A stretch of 62,752 nt of DNA, the filler included, from Catajapyx aquilonaris (taxonomy: Eukaryota): the NCBI GenBank assembly GCA_000934665.2. It is 3 parts of 3 records of this genome, joined end to end, with 100 filler letters (N's around TTAATTAATTAA, not from the genome) between each part and the next. Parts side by side here need not be neighbours in the genome. Positions count along the whole stretch, not along the records: positions 1 to 20,785 come from JYFJ02006201.1; positions 20,886 to 41,944 come from KZ539496.1; 1 more part is not named here. One strand, written 5' to 3'. The notes beneath the pieces are model-generated. The model made no database searches. It saw nothing but the letters and a program-made list of their open reading frames with translations, and was not told where the DNA came from. This document shows, piece by piece, positions 13,801 through 26,360 of the stretch. The stretch's first letter is position 1; each line of letters opens with the position of its first letter. A program made the translations under genes and the position numbers.

Positions 13801-14399
13801 TTTTTTTTCTGGGAACGGGCAGGCGTATGCATAAGGGCATGCAATGTATTTTTTGAAGGATACAGTATAACATAGCCTACCCAACATGGACACGGAATGG
13901 ATTCTTGTTGTCCTCCCACAGAAAATCCCTGCTCAAAATGACATGGAAATAAAATGTTGACATGATAACGAAGATAGAATCTCCATCCAGGTTCACTTTT
14001 GAGCCCTCCAGCCCTCTGAGTAAGCCTTTTGTGGACTTTACAACACGTGTCTCATAATTGCTGGCATTGCAGTTGGCCCCATGACCTTGAAGACATATTC
14101 GTGAGGAAAGGGCACTATTTCTGGTTGGAAAATGTAGAGATGCCTTGTTTCGAAGATTGTGACTCATATTGTGCTAGTTGCCCTGCCTCCCTAACCCTCT
14201 CTTTCTCACCAACAAAAAAAAAAAAAAACTCAGTAAAGAATTCGTGGAAAATACGGTGTTGAATATAGCGAAACCTGTACATTACAGAATAGGATCCAAT
14301 GTGATTCCACTATACACAGGTTTCACTGTGATAACAACAACAATGGGCTTAACGTTTTAAATACTTGTCTTTATTAATCACTGTAATAGTGACTTTGAC

Positions 14400-14552
14400 A
14401 GCAGTGGGATGGAACAGGAGAACCCTGAAAAAAACTGGTAGTAACACAGAACCCATCAGAACTTCTACCACATGAAAAATTCTCTGAGTTCTAACAAGGA
14501 ACCTCAGGGGTGGACGGTTGCAGTGGTAACCACTATGCCACCATGACACCCT
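14400..14552 (-). mobile_element. Degraded tRNA-derived SINE (same family as 18912-19177)
   Basis: Minus strand GGGTGTCATGGTGGCATAGTGGTTACC head and ...CAGGGTTCTCCTGTTCCATCCCAC core. Confidence 0.6.
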
Positions 14553-14969
14553 CATTAACATTATATTAATTATGTAATTCTTGAGAAGCTGTCTAATAAG
14601 CAATTTCAAGAGGCTCATTGGCATAAACATTTGCATTGTGAATAGTTCATATTGAGAACTAATGACTGTACGTAGGCATTACCAACCCGCAATTAATTAA
14701 AATCATTTCCACCAGGGATGATACTGGATAGAATGAAGTATCACTGAATGCATTCAGTAAATTTAATCACTATACATACAAGAGGCCAACACTTGGCATT
14801 CATGGGATCACATTCAGGATAAGTGTGTCAAGCAAGGCCATAAAATACAGTGCATAATAAGACAGTGCTGCCAATATAAAGCAATACAAAAAATGCCAGT
14901 AGTGCAGGAAACACCCTCCACAAGCATTGGCAGTCTCCTGCAACACCATCAGAACAACTTGATGACGTA

Positions 14970-15133
14970 CAGTGTTGGACATAAATTGCGTAATGCTGCT
15001 AGCGATATTTTCCGAACATGCAGATGAATATTAATCGAAGCAATGGATAGTGCGAGCTGTGTGAGGAAGATTCGTTCTTCTGCCGCTTTGGAAAATGTTG
15101 CTAGCAGTACGATGCAATAATTGTCCAACACGG
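14970..15133. mobile_element. MITE family with CAGTGTTGGACAT TIRs (TA-flanked)
   Basis: TA|CAGTGTTGGACATAAATTGC ... GCAATAATTGTCCAACACGG|TA; related copies at ~17537-17712 and ~17897-18174. Confidence 0.7.
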
Positions 15134-15700
15134 TACTATATCACTCAAAGAGATTGAGATGATATTGAATTTTGCTTCAATGCAAAGTCGTCTTAATCTT
15201 TTTACGTGATACACTACCATGTGTTTTGTAATTGAAACATTCATATTGGTGGAAGTTTCACAAATGTGCTCCTGTAAACTCAATTCAGGTGTGTCATGAA
15301 ATCAAGAATACCACTGCAAACACACAATATTTTTACCTCACTGTCATCCTTGCAGGCAAGGTGACGAGAGAAAGTGGAAATGCAAGAGTGAGATTTCTGC
15401 CAATATGGATGAGTTCAATTTTGAAACACATGGCATAGTGAGAAAGCGCAAAGCATAATTACACGGGGTGTACGCAAAAGTTCTGAGCATATCACTTTCA
15501 CACTTAAATGGATTGTTTCACACTATTACTGTATGTAAAATTATACATTCATGACTTTCATCGAAGTCCTTGTACAACACATTGCATTGAAAGAGCACAC
15601 AAGAGAGATTCTCCAGCAGTAAATTCACAAGATAAAAATGGCAATAGCATCATAAAACTTCCGAACGCCTGATTCTTTGAAATGTCAATCAAAATGATTA

Positions 15701-15965
15701 TTACTGGCAGTCAATGGTCTGTAAGTGCTGCTGTAGCCTGAGCTGAGCCCTGAGCCTGATGCACGCTTCTCTCTCCTCCTGCAGGCGTTGGACAAGCCAC
15801 GCCTTCTGCCCCTGAAGCTCATCATGTTCCTGCAAAAGGTGGCCCAGCTCTTTCTCCAGCTCTGAACTGTCACTTTCTTCTTCCTCCCCAGTTACTCCTT
15901 CCTTCTCCACACAGTCTCCCATGCCATTCTCTCCTCCCTGTGCAGGCCATAAGTCCTCTGATGGG
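15701..15965 (-). CDS. Terminal coding exon of a RalA-binding protein 1 (RalBP1/Rlip)-like gene; upstream exons not found in window
   Basis: Acceptor tttttttcaagctgcag| then open frame to stop; acidic run plus coiled coil LLQEHDELQGQKAWLVQRLQEEREACIRLRAQLRL resembles the RALBP1 C-terminal ...EEREAIIELRVQLRL as recalled. Confidence 0.65.
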
Positions 15966-16929
15966 CTGCAGCTTGAAAAAAATCATGAAATTACAACGAG
16001 TACAAGTTTCTCTTCATTTGATGTCATGTGGGATGATCTATAAAGGATGTCAATATCAAGTCCTACCTTCTGAGCTTTTCAATGTTAACACATTGTGTGT
16101 TGGCACTTTCCCCACCTCAAATGTTTTCAGCTATTGGTGCAATATTATTACAGACACTCTCATATGAAATGTAAGTGACAGCATCAGCAGTAATACTGTA
16201 CCAACAGAATGAGACATGTACAATTTTCACCAACAATTTCCTTCTAAGGATAAAACCCTGTCAGCTCTGACGTTTTGAAAATCTGCAGGTGTCCAATGTT
16301 GCATTCATAAATGCATAAGTGAAATGATATCTGCAGTAAGCAAACTGTTATCAGTGATTAAATTCCCAAGAGAGTAGCCACATACTTCATGACTCATATT
16401 TAACTCCTATTCTCCTAAATTTCTTATTTTATTGTCTCAAAAGCAACCTTTTTGGTTGTCACATTACAATTAGGGCATGGAAGAGGGCATACTGCAATTA
16501 GGGTATGCAGATGGTGAGTAGTGTGCACACTAAGCTCTGAAATTTCAGTGCAATAGTATGATTACATAACTTCCAAATAACTGCTTAAATCAAAAAGGGA
16601 GAAGCAATGGATTAAGAAGCTGGCTGGAGAACTTTTCGACTGCTATCTCCTTCGCCCTGTCCCCATTTTCTACTGGAGTAGCTAGGACAACAAGACTATG
16701 AGGTCCAGGAAGAAAGGAAGGGAAAGAACAAAGTGCCACTGAAGCTCTAGGAACCATACTAAAATTATCCCACACACACCACGATATCCACAAAAATCCT
16801 GCTCAGGATGGTCATGATTGGTAATCATACATGGAACCCCCCCAATGAAAACCTGAGGCCTAACATAACCTTATCATACTACTGTAATGAAGGACCCTAC
16901 AAAAATCATATTGAAATAGAGATGTTATA

Positions 16930-17343
16930 CAGGGTGGACCAACTTCAAGTGTCGTTTTATAACGGCTATTAATAGAAGCGCTTTATGATTGACGTAGCAG
17001 CGACGTGTAAAATGTCCCACTTCAGCGCCATCAAAAATATTAGCTGCCAATATTAGTGTACATGTAATGAACCTGCTGCAACGAGTGGAACCACATGCGG
17101 CACCAATGCCAATCCGGCAGTCCGCAAAGAAGGCATTTCACCCAGGCGCATCTCAGGTCATGTGTGCACATACTTTTTTCCAGGTCAACCCAGCAGCAGG
17201 GTTGAGTACATGTGTGCTGCTATTGGCAGCTAATATTTTCGATGGCGCCGAAGTCGGGCATTTTACACGTCGCTGCTACGTCATCGCAAAATCACTGCTA
17301 TTAATCGCCGTTATAAAACGACACTTGAAGTTTGTCCACCCTG
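16930..17343. mobile_element. Tc1/mariner-type MITE with long TIRs
   Basis: TA|CAGGGTGGACCAACTTCAAGTGTCGTTTTATAACGGC ... GCCGTTATAAAACGACACTTGAAGTTTGTCCACCCTG|TA. Confidence 0.85.
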
Positions 17344-17536
17344 TATATACAGGGCATCCTGGTGATAGGTATCCAGAGGGAAAAATTCATTCCTCAAAAT
17401 GAGTTCACCACACGTCTTAGGTTGCACCTTGGCACATGATATACGATATGACAGATCAGCAGTCCTGTGTTGACAGAAAAAAATTATGTGGAAATTATAA
17501 AATGATGTGATTCAGCTATGAACAAAGAGTATAGTA

Positions 17537-18174
17537 CAGCGTTGGACATTAATGGAGGCATTCGAGGCAATGGTGGCTAGTGACATTTTCCGAATTGGCA
17601 GAAGAAGGAATCGAAGATAAATATATACTGCAAGCCGGGCGAGCAAGATTCCTTTTTCTGCCGCTTCGGAAAATGACATAGCAATATGCCTCGATTTATG
17701 TCCAACACTCTACTGTATTTCCAAAAAGCATGTGGCATCTTAAGACAAAACAATAATGGTGTCCATAAGACCCATTCAAAGAAATTATACTTTAGTTATT
17801 TATTTATATACGAAAAGGGGCAGTGGGGGAAATAATGTTTCGCAGTTGCCATTTTTCTTTTCATTGTGATGCCACAATATGCTTGGTTACTCTGTACAGT
17901 GTTGGACATTAATCGCGTCACACTGCTAGTAACATTTTCTGATGAGGTCAGACGTGCAAATTGAAGTGATAGAGTGCGAGCCGTCCGAGAAAGAAATGAT
18001 AGGCCTTGGGTGACGTCACCGGCAGGGGACACGCCTTTTTCTCCATTGCCCCCCAGCTGGTGACGTAACCCAAGGCCTCTTCTGATTCGCATGGGTCGCA
18101 CTCTATCACTTCGATTTGCACATCTGCCACATCGGAAAATGTTGCTAGCAGTATGATGCAATTAATGTCACTGT
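17537..18174. mobile_element. Two further copies of the CAGTGTTGGACAT MITE family
   Basis: CAGCGTTGGACATTAAT..TTATGTCCAACAC (17537-17712); CAGTGTTGGACATTAAT..ATTAATGTCACTG (17897-18174). Confidence 0.6.
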
Positions 18175-18180
18175 ACCATG

Positions 18181-18486
18181 GTCTAAGAATACTAAGGTCT
18201 GGACACTCCCTTTCTTATCACGTTGGGGGGCTGACGGGGTGGTAATGCGGTGGGGGGCCACAGGCAGCGCTGCTAAGGGCCCTTACTGGTGGCGCTCCTA
18301 ATGGGACCCTATGCAACTGGCTTCTCTCACTGCTTCTCTTCTATGTAAATGCATAGGGCCCCGTTAGGAACACCACCGGTATGGGCCCTTAGCGGTGCTG
18401 CCTGTGGCCCCCCCATCGCGTTGCCACCCTGTCAGCCCCCCCAACGCATTAAGAGGGGGAGTGTCCAGACCTTAGAATTCTTAGAC
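18181..18486. mobile_element. Foldback MITE
   Basis: GTCTAAGAATACTAAGGTCTGGACACTCCC ... GGGAGTGTCCAGACCTTAGAATTCTTAGAC; arms pair over >100 bp. Confidence 0.8.
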
Positions 18487-18911
18487 TGTGCTCTGTACCT
18501 ACTTTTTGTCATGACAATACAATCATGCAATGATAGAAAAGAAGATTAGTGGATAGAAAGGTCCACTAAGAGTGGAATGGAGGAACTTGAAGCAAGGCTA
18601 CATGTTTAAAAATCAGCACCTGGAGAGGAAAATATTCCAAAGGATACGCAAGTAGGTGGCTCATAATGAGATTAAGCTGCTGAAATATGCCGAAACATAT
18701 ATTCAACCTGAGAAATTAAAGCGGGATTTGATCACAAAGCTACTTTGCATCCCATTGGACATAGTACACAAATTTCACTGGAAGATTTGTCCAAGGCAGT
18801 CCTGTTACACTTTGCAGAATATTTCCTCAACACATTTTCTGTGTAAGTGAAAATATAAGCCAACAGTAATTTATTCATGTAAAGCTGTGGAGCCATAGTT
18901 ACAAGGAGTAA

Positions 18912-19177
18912 TAATAAATAATGGATACCCCGTGATAGGCCCCTTGGGCCTCTTAGGGGATCATCTTTTGAATACCCGACTTTAATCATTTGCCTGTAAT
19001 GCGATGGATTTTGATAGTGGGAGGAAACGGGAGAACCCCGAGAAAACCCACGCGAACACGGAGAGAACCCATCGAAACTCTATCCACATAAGTATCCTCC
19101 GTCCGACCCGGGGATAGAACTCAGGACCTTAGAGGTGGAAGGCTGCGGCGCTAACCACTCAGCCACCATGTCGCCCT
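18912..19177 (-). mobile_element. Full-length tRNA-derived SINE with V-domain-like core
   Basis: A box TGGCTGAGTGG, B-box-like GAGTTCTATCC, core GCGTGGGTTTTCTCGGGGTTCTCCCGTTTCCTCCCAC, (TTA)n tail, 16-bp TSD TAGTTACAAGGAGTAA at 18896 and 19178. Confidence 0.85.
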
Positions 19178-19424
19178 TAGTTACAAGGAGTAAAAGTTTT
19201 CCATAGAACCTTGCAAGGCGGGCTACTGAACAAAACTTGCATGGATTATTCCCTAACTTTTCCCAGTCATTTGGACCTTTGTTGTACCATTCCATCACAG
19301 ATTTCTTGGAACATGAGCATTCTAAGTAACAAAATATCCACAAACCACATGCAGCAGGCATAGTTCAAAGTCTAAATAGTACTGACAACTTCCCCTTGCC
19401 CCTTTGATTCTAGACTGTCGAGAG

Positions 19425-19940
19425 TAGCGTTCCTCAACCTTTTCACCTTTGCGGAACCCTTGAACTAATGTTCAAATCTTAGGCAGCCCCTATGAAAAAT
19501 TATGACACTGTACTCCTGATTAGCCGTGTTAATGAATACACAGGTGTGCCCAGATAATAGGAAAACACAGATAATTCGAAAATGACCCTAGATACAGTAA
19601 AAATGAGCTATTAGCAGGTTTTTAACAAACTACTGTACAAACTGCATGCTGCTTTAAATAAGATTTAAACAAAATAATGAAACTTACCATAGATTTTGAG
19701 TTTGTCTTCTGGAAAAAGTCTGTTATATTTCTTTGTTTGCAAGACATTGGCATTCTTTCAGACTTTTATTTCTAACTTTTTTTTCCAGTAATGCACGGAT
19801 AATCCACACCCGGATATCAGGAGTACAGTGAATATATCAATTAATAACTCAAAAAGCTTTTATATATGATTAGCCTATTCATCATTATTTCTCGCAAAAC
19901 TCTTAATGATTGCTCATGGAACCCCAGCTGAGAAATGCTA
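19425..19940. mobile_element. hAT(Buster/Charlie)-like MITE with nested pogo-like remnant (~19507-19830)
   Basis: Ends TAGCGTTCCTCAAC / GCTGAGAAATGCTA, imperfect 8-bp TSD GTCGAGAG/GTCTTGAG; inner IR CACTGTACTCCTGAT/ATCAGGAGTACAGTG; minus-strand KQRNITDFF motif. Confidence 0.55.
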
Positions 19941-20095
19941 GTCTTGAGCCTTGACTTGACCAGTTACAACTTGTAGTTTTAAAGGCGAATCAGAAATGAC
20001 CAGAGACAAAAGGCATTGTGTAGGACTGGCTAAAAGGCATGCTGAGGGTTCATGTAGTAGATTGGGAGAAGAACGACTTATTTCCCAAAGTTTAA

Positions 20096-20143
20096 CCTCC
20101 TGAGACCTGATGTCCAATATATTGGACATCAGGTCTCAGGAGG
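20096..20143. repeat. Perfect 48-bp palindrome
   Basis: CCTCCTGAGACCTGATGTCCAATA|TATTGGACATCAGGTCTCAGGAGG, preceded by TTAA. Confidence 0.9.
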
Positions 20144-20303
20144 ATAAATCACACAACCAAAAATTGCATGAATTTAAGCCTTTCAGACTCCATTTGCCAG
20201 AAGTATACTTCTGCATTAGGGCCTTAGAAGATTGTCGCTGTATAACAAAAACCTGTTATATGTGAAATGACAACTTTTCAGGAGGCCTAAAAAAAACACT
20301 TGG

Positions 20304-20409
20304 GGTGGAATTTTCGTCCCACTGCTAGTTACTGCTAACTTAGCAGTACCAGTGTTGGCAATGGTACTGCTAAGTTAGCAATGACTAACTGTGGGACGAA
20401 AATTCCACC
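20304..20409. mobile_element. Small hairpin MITE
   Basis: GGTGGAATTTTCGTCCCAC...GTGGGACGAAAATTCCACC with paired interior. Confidence 0.7.
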
Positions 20410-20544
20410 ATTAATTTTTTAGGTATAGCCAATAAGTTCCCGTCCCGGCAGCGGGAGGCCGGCAGGTGACACGGAGACAGGTGCTGCTGTGGTTGGCTGT
20501 GAGGTACATTAGCAGTCACCAAACTGGCCAAGAGTGAACTCGGT

Positions 20545-20785
20545 GTGCTGCGTAATAGCTGCGGTACACAGTTGAAAAATGTCGTTCACCACATCAGGCG
20601 CGTCCAAGGCGGACGAACGATTCATACACGCATGAGGGCTGTGTATGGAGACACTTGCGTGGCGTACTCGACAGTGAAGGACTGGGTACGCCATTTCCGC
20701 AGTGGTCGACAAGGCACGTCGGACATGGCACGGTCAGGCCGACCTGTTACCGCCTCCAACGATGCAAGCCTATGTGCGCGGAGGG
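20545..20785 (+). mobile_element. Mariner transposase N-terminal HTH fragment, cut by gap
   Basis: IHTRMRAVYGDTCVAYSTVKDWVRHFRSGRQGTSDMARSGRP matches the mariner HTH plus GRP linker pattern. Confidence 0.8.
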
Positions 20786-20885
20786 NNNNNNNNNNNNNNN
20801 NNNNNNNNNNNNNNNNNNNNNNNNNNNNNTTAATTAATTAANNNNNNNNNNNNNNNNNNNNNNNNNNNNNNNNNNNNNNNNNNNN
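20786..20885. other. Artificial contig-join spacer
   Basis: N44-TTAATTAATTAA-N44 (stops in all six frames). Confidence 0.95.
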
Positions 20886-22135
20886 GTTAGTTCGACGCAA
20901 AAGAAGGGGGTCCCCTTCACTAAGTTTTGGCTTAATGCACCGCTTTAGCAGGATCGCACTAGGCCCGCACTAGGCCTAAAGTCAAGCCTAAAGTGCGACT
21001 CTGCATACGACTTTTCTTAGTGAACTGGGTCACGTGGTTTAAAGCACTGCACTAACTTCTTCTTGTTGACTCTGAATACGGCCCATGATTTTCCAGAAAG
21101 ATGTGTCGTACCACTAATTCCCTTATTCCCGCTCACCAGATATTATTGATAATGCCAACCGTGCAGTCTGCGCGAACTGTGGTGCGCACTCGGTTGCGTG
21201 CAAAGAGCGCTCAATTTATGTGAGAAATATTGGTACTACGTTCCGGTGTATTTCAGGTCGTGCAATTTATGAAACACAGTGCATATCCGCGGCTTTAAAA
21301 TTTAACGGTCCTTGCAATCTTCCCTTCCCAACCGTGATTGGTCATTTCCTCCCTCACTTCCGGGCACAATCTCCCGCACTAGAATGCTTCAGACGTGACT
21401 TTTCCAGCGGATTTGCTAATAGCGAACACCTCTTTTTCCAGCAGCACCCTTGCCAGGCAACTACCATGCAAAATACTTTGGCTTGAAAATAGTATGTGCT
21501 TTGCAAGAGAGAAATAAGAAGGAAAAGCGTGTTCGTCAGACAAAATAGTCTGGATATGCGTGGAGGGAGGCCCCGTCATCCAGTCTTGGTAACTGCAAAA
21601 CTTGGCCATCTCGACCCCCTCCTTGAAAAAGGTCCCCCCCATACCAAAAAACGACCCCTTTCTTCCCACTCATACTCTCTAAGTCATCCGGAGTGGGTGG
21701 GAAGGGTAAGAAAAAAAGGGGACTGCTCTCCTTACACTCCGGGGGCAAAGAAAAAGGCTCTCCCCGTGAAGCCATTCCTGGAGGCTCCAGCTAACTTCCC
21801 CCTGGAGAATCTTCCCCTCCAGGGCCTTTGGAGGGAAATGGAAGATTTTTTGGAGGCGTGAAAACGGGGGGCGTTTGTGCATAAACCGGCGATTAAATCA
21901 GAACCAGCCGGATTAACCGCACTCCAGCGATCTCTTCGAATGAATCTCATTTCACAGTCGACGGGTGGGCTGGAAGGGAGGCAGTGGGGGGGAAGGCAGC
22001 AAAAAAAAAATTATGGCAACACCGCCCGGCCCACACTTGGACGTAGTACGACATGCCACTACTAGATGGCGCCCATCTGCACATGTCTTCCACTCCAATA
22101 GGTCGTGCAGGGACAGAGTCACTTCTAGCTAATTC

Positions 22136-22360
22136 CAGAGCTGGACAAGCTAACCGAAATTTTTAGCTCAGCTAACTTCCGCTAACCGCTAATTCGGTTA
22201 GTAAACCGTGGGCGTCGCTAAATTGCTAATGATAAACAGTTAGAATGATTAGGGGGGTTTCCAATAACCTTTCTAGCTGTTAAGCATTAAGGATTCGGTG
22301 ATGTCCATGGTTTAGCTGAGCAAGTTAGCTGTTATCGAAAGTTAGCTGTGCCCATCTCTG
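22136..22360. mobile_element. MITE with 8-bp TSD (hAT/P-like)
   Basis: GCTAATTC|CAGAGCTGGACAAGCTAAC ... GTTAGCTGTGCCCATCTCTG|GCTAATTC. Confidence 0.8.
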
Positions 22361-22370
22361 GCTAATTCTA

Positions 22371-22777
22371 TCTATAATATTAAAATTGTAGTGGGTGTGT
22401 ATGTATAAGCCTTCTGATTGGTCCGCGGCATATTGTTACAGCGACGCTTCCGATTGGTCCGCGGCATATTGTTACAGCGACGCTTCCGATTGGTCTGCGG
22501 CATATTGTTACCGCGACGCTTCCGATTGGCCGCCGTTCTACGCATGCGTAATGAGGGTGGAGACAGCGCCTCGGGTGGGTGGGAGGGAGAACTATCCATT
22601 CGATCGCTGACGGCTTGGAACGTCATGAGGTGTGTTCTGATAACAGGGTTGTTCGAAGGCCAAAGTGATTAACAAATGGCCTCCACCACCGTACGTCGCA
22701 GGCCTAGAAAAAAGCGAGCGAATCGAGTGGCTTTCTGCGCCCTAGAAAAATTTGAGCGAAGCGAGGATATTTACTAG
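22371..22777 (+). mobile_element. Non-autonomous Helitron-like element with internal 36-bp tandem repeats
   Basis: A|TCTATAATATTAAA ... TTTACTAG|T termini; ~3 copies of GATTGGTCCGCGGCATATTGTTACAGCGACGCTTCC. Confidence 0.65.
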
Positions 22778-24399
22778 TGTTGTGATATAAAAAACCGGTC
22801 CATTTTTTTGGGTGCAATGTTTCTGGACCCGGTCTAGAACCGGTTCACTACATCCTTTGAGACTCGTACGTCAACTCTTGTTGACAACTAAAAAAATAAA
22901 GCGTGGAGCTCTCTGTAATGGCTTGGCGCCGCTAATTTTACGACGCGGTTAATCCTGAACGAGGGGGACCATAGAATTCAATTCCTGCATGTTCACAGAG
23001 ACTGGGCATTAATAAATTCATATACGTGGACTGCCATGACAGGAATGACCGTGTTCACCAGGGGGGTTCTCATTCATGTTTCATAAGCGATATGTGAGTG
23101 TGTGTGTGTGTGTGTTGCGTCGTGTGTTTCAGGTGTGTACATAATACATGTTTAATGCGTTTGGAATAGCCTCGGTGCCCAGTTGGCTTAAATGCTAATG
23201 TCCGCCTGAAATATGGTTTTCATCTGGTGACGTTTATGATCCAGCTACGGCTATCTCTTTTTCTCTCGCAAAAAATGGCTGGGGCGGGAAAAATATGGCG
23301 TGCAAATTTTTTTTTGCACTCTCTCTGTATCCCCGGTCCATTGCGCCATATTTCATTGATGGTTGATCGCGCCGACTTGTGCAAAAATACACTTGGGAGA
23401 AATTATCCGCGCGCACACACCCCCCAACTCCCTAAGGGACATTTTTAAAAATTCATTTAAGGCCCACACGACTTTGATGTCGGCCCGACGCACTAATTAA
23501 GTCGCTCGTTTGCATCCGATAAACAAAGCCAACCTCGATTATATCAAGTACGACAATTGACCCTCCATTAAGAGTGTGGATGGCGACATAATAACTGCTG
23601 GAATGATAAGACGAACCAGTAGCACCTAATTAATATTAATTAACCCCAAGAGCTTTGTATGACTGGCGTTTGTAGACATCCAGCTTTTTTTTATATTTAC
23701 ATTCTACCGCCCGTTGTCTGTCCGATAAAATGCGCAGAATGCTATACACAGAGGCACTTTTTACTCTAACAATAAAGGCTCACTTTTCAACTGAATTGGT
23801 CATTCCTAATTATTTTTCTCATTATTGTAGTCTACATGACCCACTCACTGCAATAATGCACATTAGATCCATGTATGTTAATTGTAAAACATATTTTCAT
23901 GCCCTGTACCACATGAATCCTCAGTCCAAAAATATATGTGCAAAAAAAAGGGGGGCTCCAACTACTGACATGCCAGGCCTTTAATCGATATTTTCTTTGA
24001 TCTTGTAGAACATGCAGTTTTTCCAGTGTAGTGTAACATGACCTGGTAGACACCTGTAACGCACTTTGAGTAGCAGGTGTCCGCCAGGTTGCCCCGTTGA
24101 TTTAACTGCCCGTTCTATGTATAGCAAGGGTTATATCTGTACTGGCCTCCAAAGTAAACGTTCTCAGATTTTTTTTTCAATAATTTTTTTCCGTCTGATG
24201 TTTGTCCGACCTGATAGTATCGCTATCTCTCGCACGATGGCATGAGTCTGCAGTGGGTGTGCGCGCCATCTGTGAGTGAAAAATAGTACTGCGTGGTAAA
24301 TCGGCGGGCCATTGTCACTGTCATACTGATTGTAAGTTTTGCCCAATTTTGGCATCAGATTCACTAGTACACCTGTGGAAATTCCAAATAGCTCACAGG

Positions 24400-25105
24400 A
24401 AATTGGCGGTCACGACTTTTGGCGGTAAAGGAACATGTGTGTTGGCTACCGAAGCAGTTTGGAGTAGGGGATATGGTGTCCGACTGCTAATCGGGAGGTC
24501 CTGGGATCAAATCCCGGGGTCGGCAACTCTGACCGTGATTTTCTGTGGTTTCCCACGGTCCTTCCAGGAAAATTCCGGAGTTGCTTCCATAATTAATAGG
24601 CCACAGACGCTTCCTTCCGTCCCTATCCCATCCCAAAAAGCGCAGTAAAATGAAAGCAAAGAGTTCCAGGCAAAACAAAACTTCCCCCCTAAAGAGCCGA
24701 CGATGGCTTATAACGTGGCATGAATTATTATTATTAAAAAACATGTGTGTTGGCGGTAAAAGAAATTGGCGGTCAGGGCTTTTGGCGGGAAAGGAAAATG
24801 TGTGTTAACGGTAAAGGAAATTGGCGGTCAGGACTTCTGGCGGGAAAAGAAAATGTGTGTTGGCGGTAAAGGAAATTGGCGGTCAGGGCTTTTGGCGGTA
24901 AAGGAACATGTATGTTGGCGGTAAAGAAGATTGGCGGTCAGGACTGTTGGCGGTAAAGGAAAATGTGTTGGCGGTAAAGGAAATTGGCTGTCAAGACTTT
25001 TGGCGGGAAAGGAAAAAGGTGTGTTGGCGGTAAAGGAAATTGGCGGTCAGGACTTTTGGCGGGAAAGGAAAATGTGTGTTGGCGGTAAAGGAAATTGGCG
25101 GTCAG
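24400..25105. repeat. Minisatellite, ~55-bp unit, interrupted by a SINE
   Basis: Repeated GGCGGTAAAGGAAATTGGCGGTCAGGACTTTTGGCGGGAAAGGAAAATGTGTGTT. Confidence 0.92.
24447..24739 (+). mobile_element. tRNA-derived SINE (second family)
   Basis: tRNA-like head (TGGAGTAGGGG...GGGATCAAATCCC), body TGTGGTTTCCCACGGTCCTTCCAGGAAAATTCCGG...AGGCCACAGACGCTTCCTTCC, (TTA)n tail, TSD AACATGTGTGTTGGC. Confidence 0.8.
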
Positions 25106-26187
25106 GGAGGCGTCAAGATCCGCCGTCCGGATGTGCGTCAAGGCTTGGAATTATTTGTTAGTCCAGGATTCGCCCCCTCAAAAAACAGCTTTTCGCAACT
25201 AGATCTCTCGCTTGCTCGTTGCCTGCTTCCTGCCTGCAAATCCATCGGCATCAGAGAGAAGCTCGCTTTTTTTTCTCTCTCTCTCTCTCCCTCTCTCTCG
25301 TGCAAAAGGTTCTGATCTGCTCTCTCTTTTCCCTGCTGCCAATAAAAGCCAGCCGAGTCAGACGGAACAGACCGGAATCGAACACCCCCTCTGCCTAGTT
25401 TCCGAAAAAAGGAGATTGCGGGACGTTCTTATGTAGACTCCAGAGAATCAACGGCTGCACGGCCAGGAATTTTCATTTAAAGGGCTCTTCCCAAAAATGC
25501 TCACAGGCTGGACTTCAAAACGAGCAACTGTACTGCTTGCTCTCTCTCTACAAAAGCTAAGGGGGAAGTTTCGCACACAAAAAATATATATACTATAGTA
25601 AGAGCAGCCCTCTGCAAAGTGCCGCCCAGGAACGTGCGAAAGTATGCGAGAGTTTCTTCAAGGGAGCAAGGATTTGATAGGCACTTCTTGGCAAGGCTCT
25701 CTCCCTTTTTTTTCCGCCAGCCAAAACTTATGTCAGGGAAACTGCGTCAGGCCTAATTGCTATGACTGCTTCTCCGGATTGTCATCCGCAAACCCGGAAA
25801 TTCTTTGCGTTCCTCAATTTCATGGTGCAAAAAATAAAAAAAGTTTTTCGCAGGGATTTATTATGCCGACGTCCGGGGGAATTTGAATATTTCCAGCTTG
25901 TTTTTGAAGCCACTAAATAGTTGGGGGGACATGCTTGTCATTTTTGTTGTGAAATAATTACTACCCGGCTGACCACTCAATATTTTATTTTCAATACTGA
26001 AAATGCCAGTAAATAAAATAATGCAATAATTAGAGAAGTTTCGCAATAATTCTGTCATACGCGAATTACTGTACTGCCCGTTGTAATTTTTTGAGCAAAC
26101 TATTTGCTACATGTCAAGTACTATCAGCGTTTTATTGGCTGCTATTAATTGCAATTTGATTGGATAAAATTATAGATGAATTTTTCT

Positions 26188-26360
26188 TTACGAGCTCAAC
26201 CGAGTGCGCATCCACATTCGCGCAATTGATCTAACAACAACGTTGCCACAGTTACTCCTCAGGTAGACTCTAAGGTTCGTTCCAGAGACTTGGCAACTAT
26301 CAAGCTTAGTGTTGGAAATAAGTTGCGCGAACTGTATTCCGCACTCGGTTGCGCTCATAA
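26188..26360. mobile_element. Short MITE
   Basis: TTACGAGCTCAACCGAGTGCG ... CGCACTCGGTTGCGCTCATAA; the same end motif recurs at ~21185 and ~31798. Confidence 0.55.

Noticed and set aside
20830..20841. TTAATTAATTAA as a biological motif
   Set aside because: Centred in 44+44 Ns and repeated at ~41989; assembly linker
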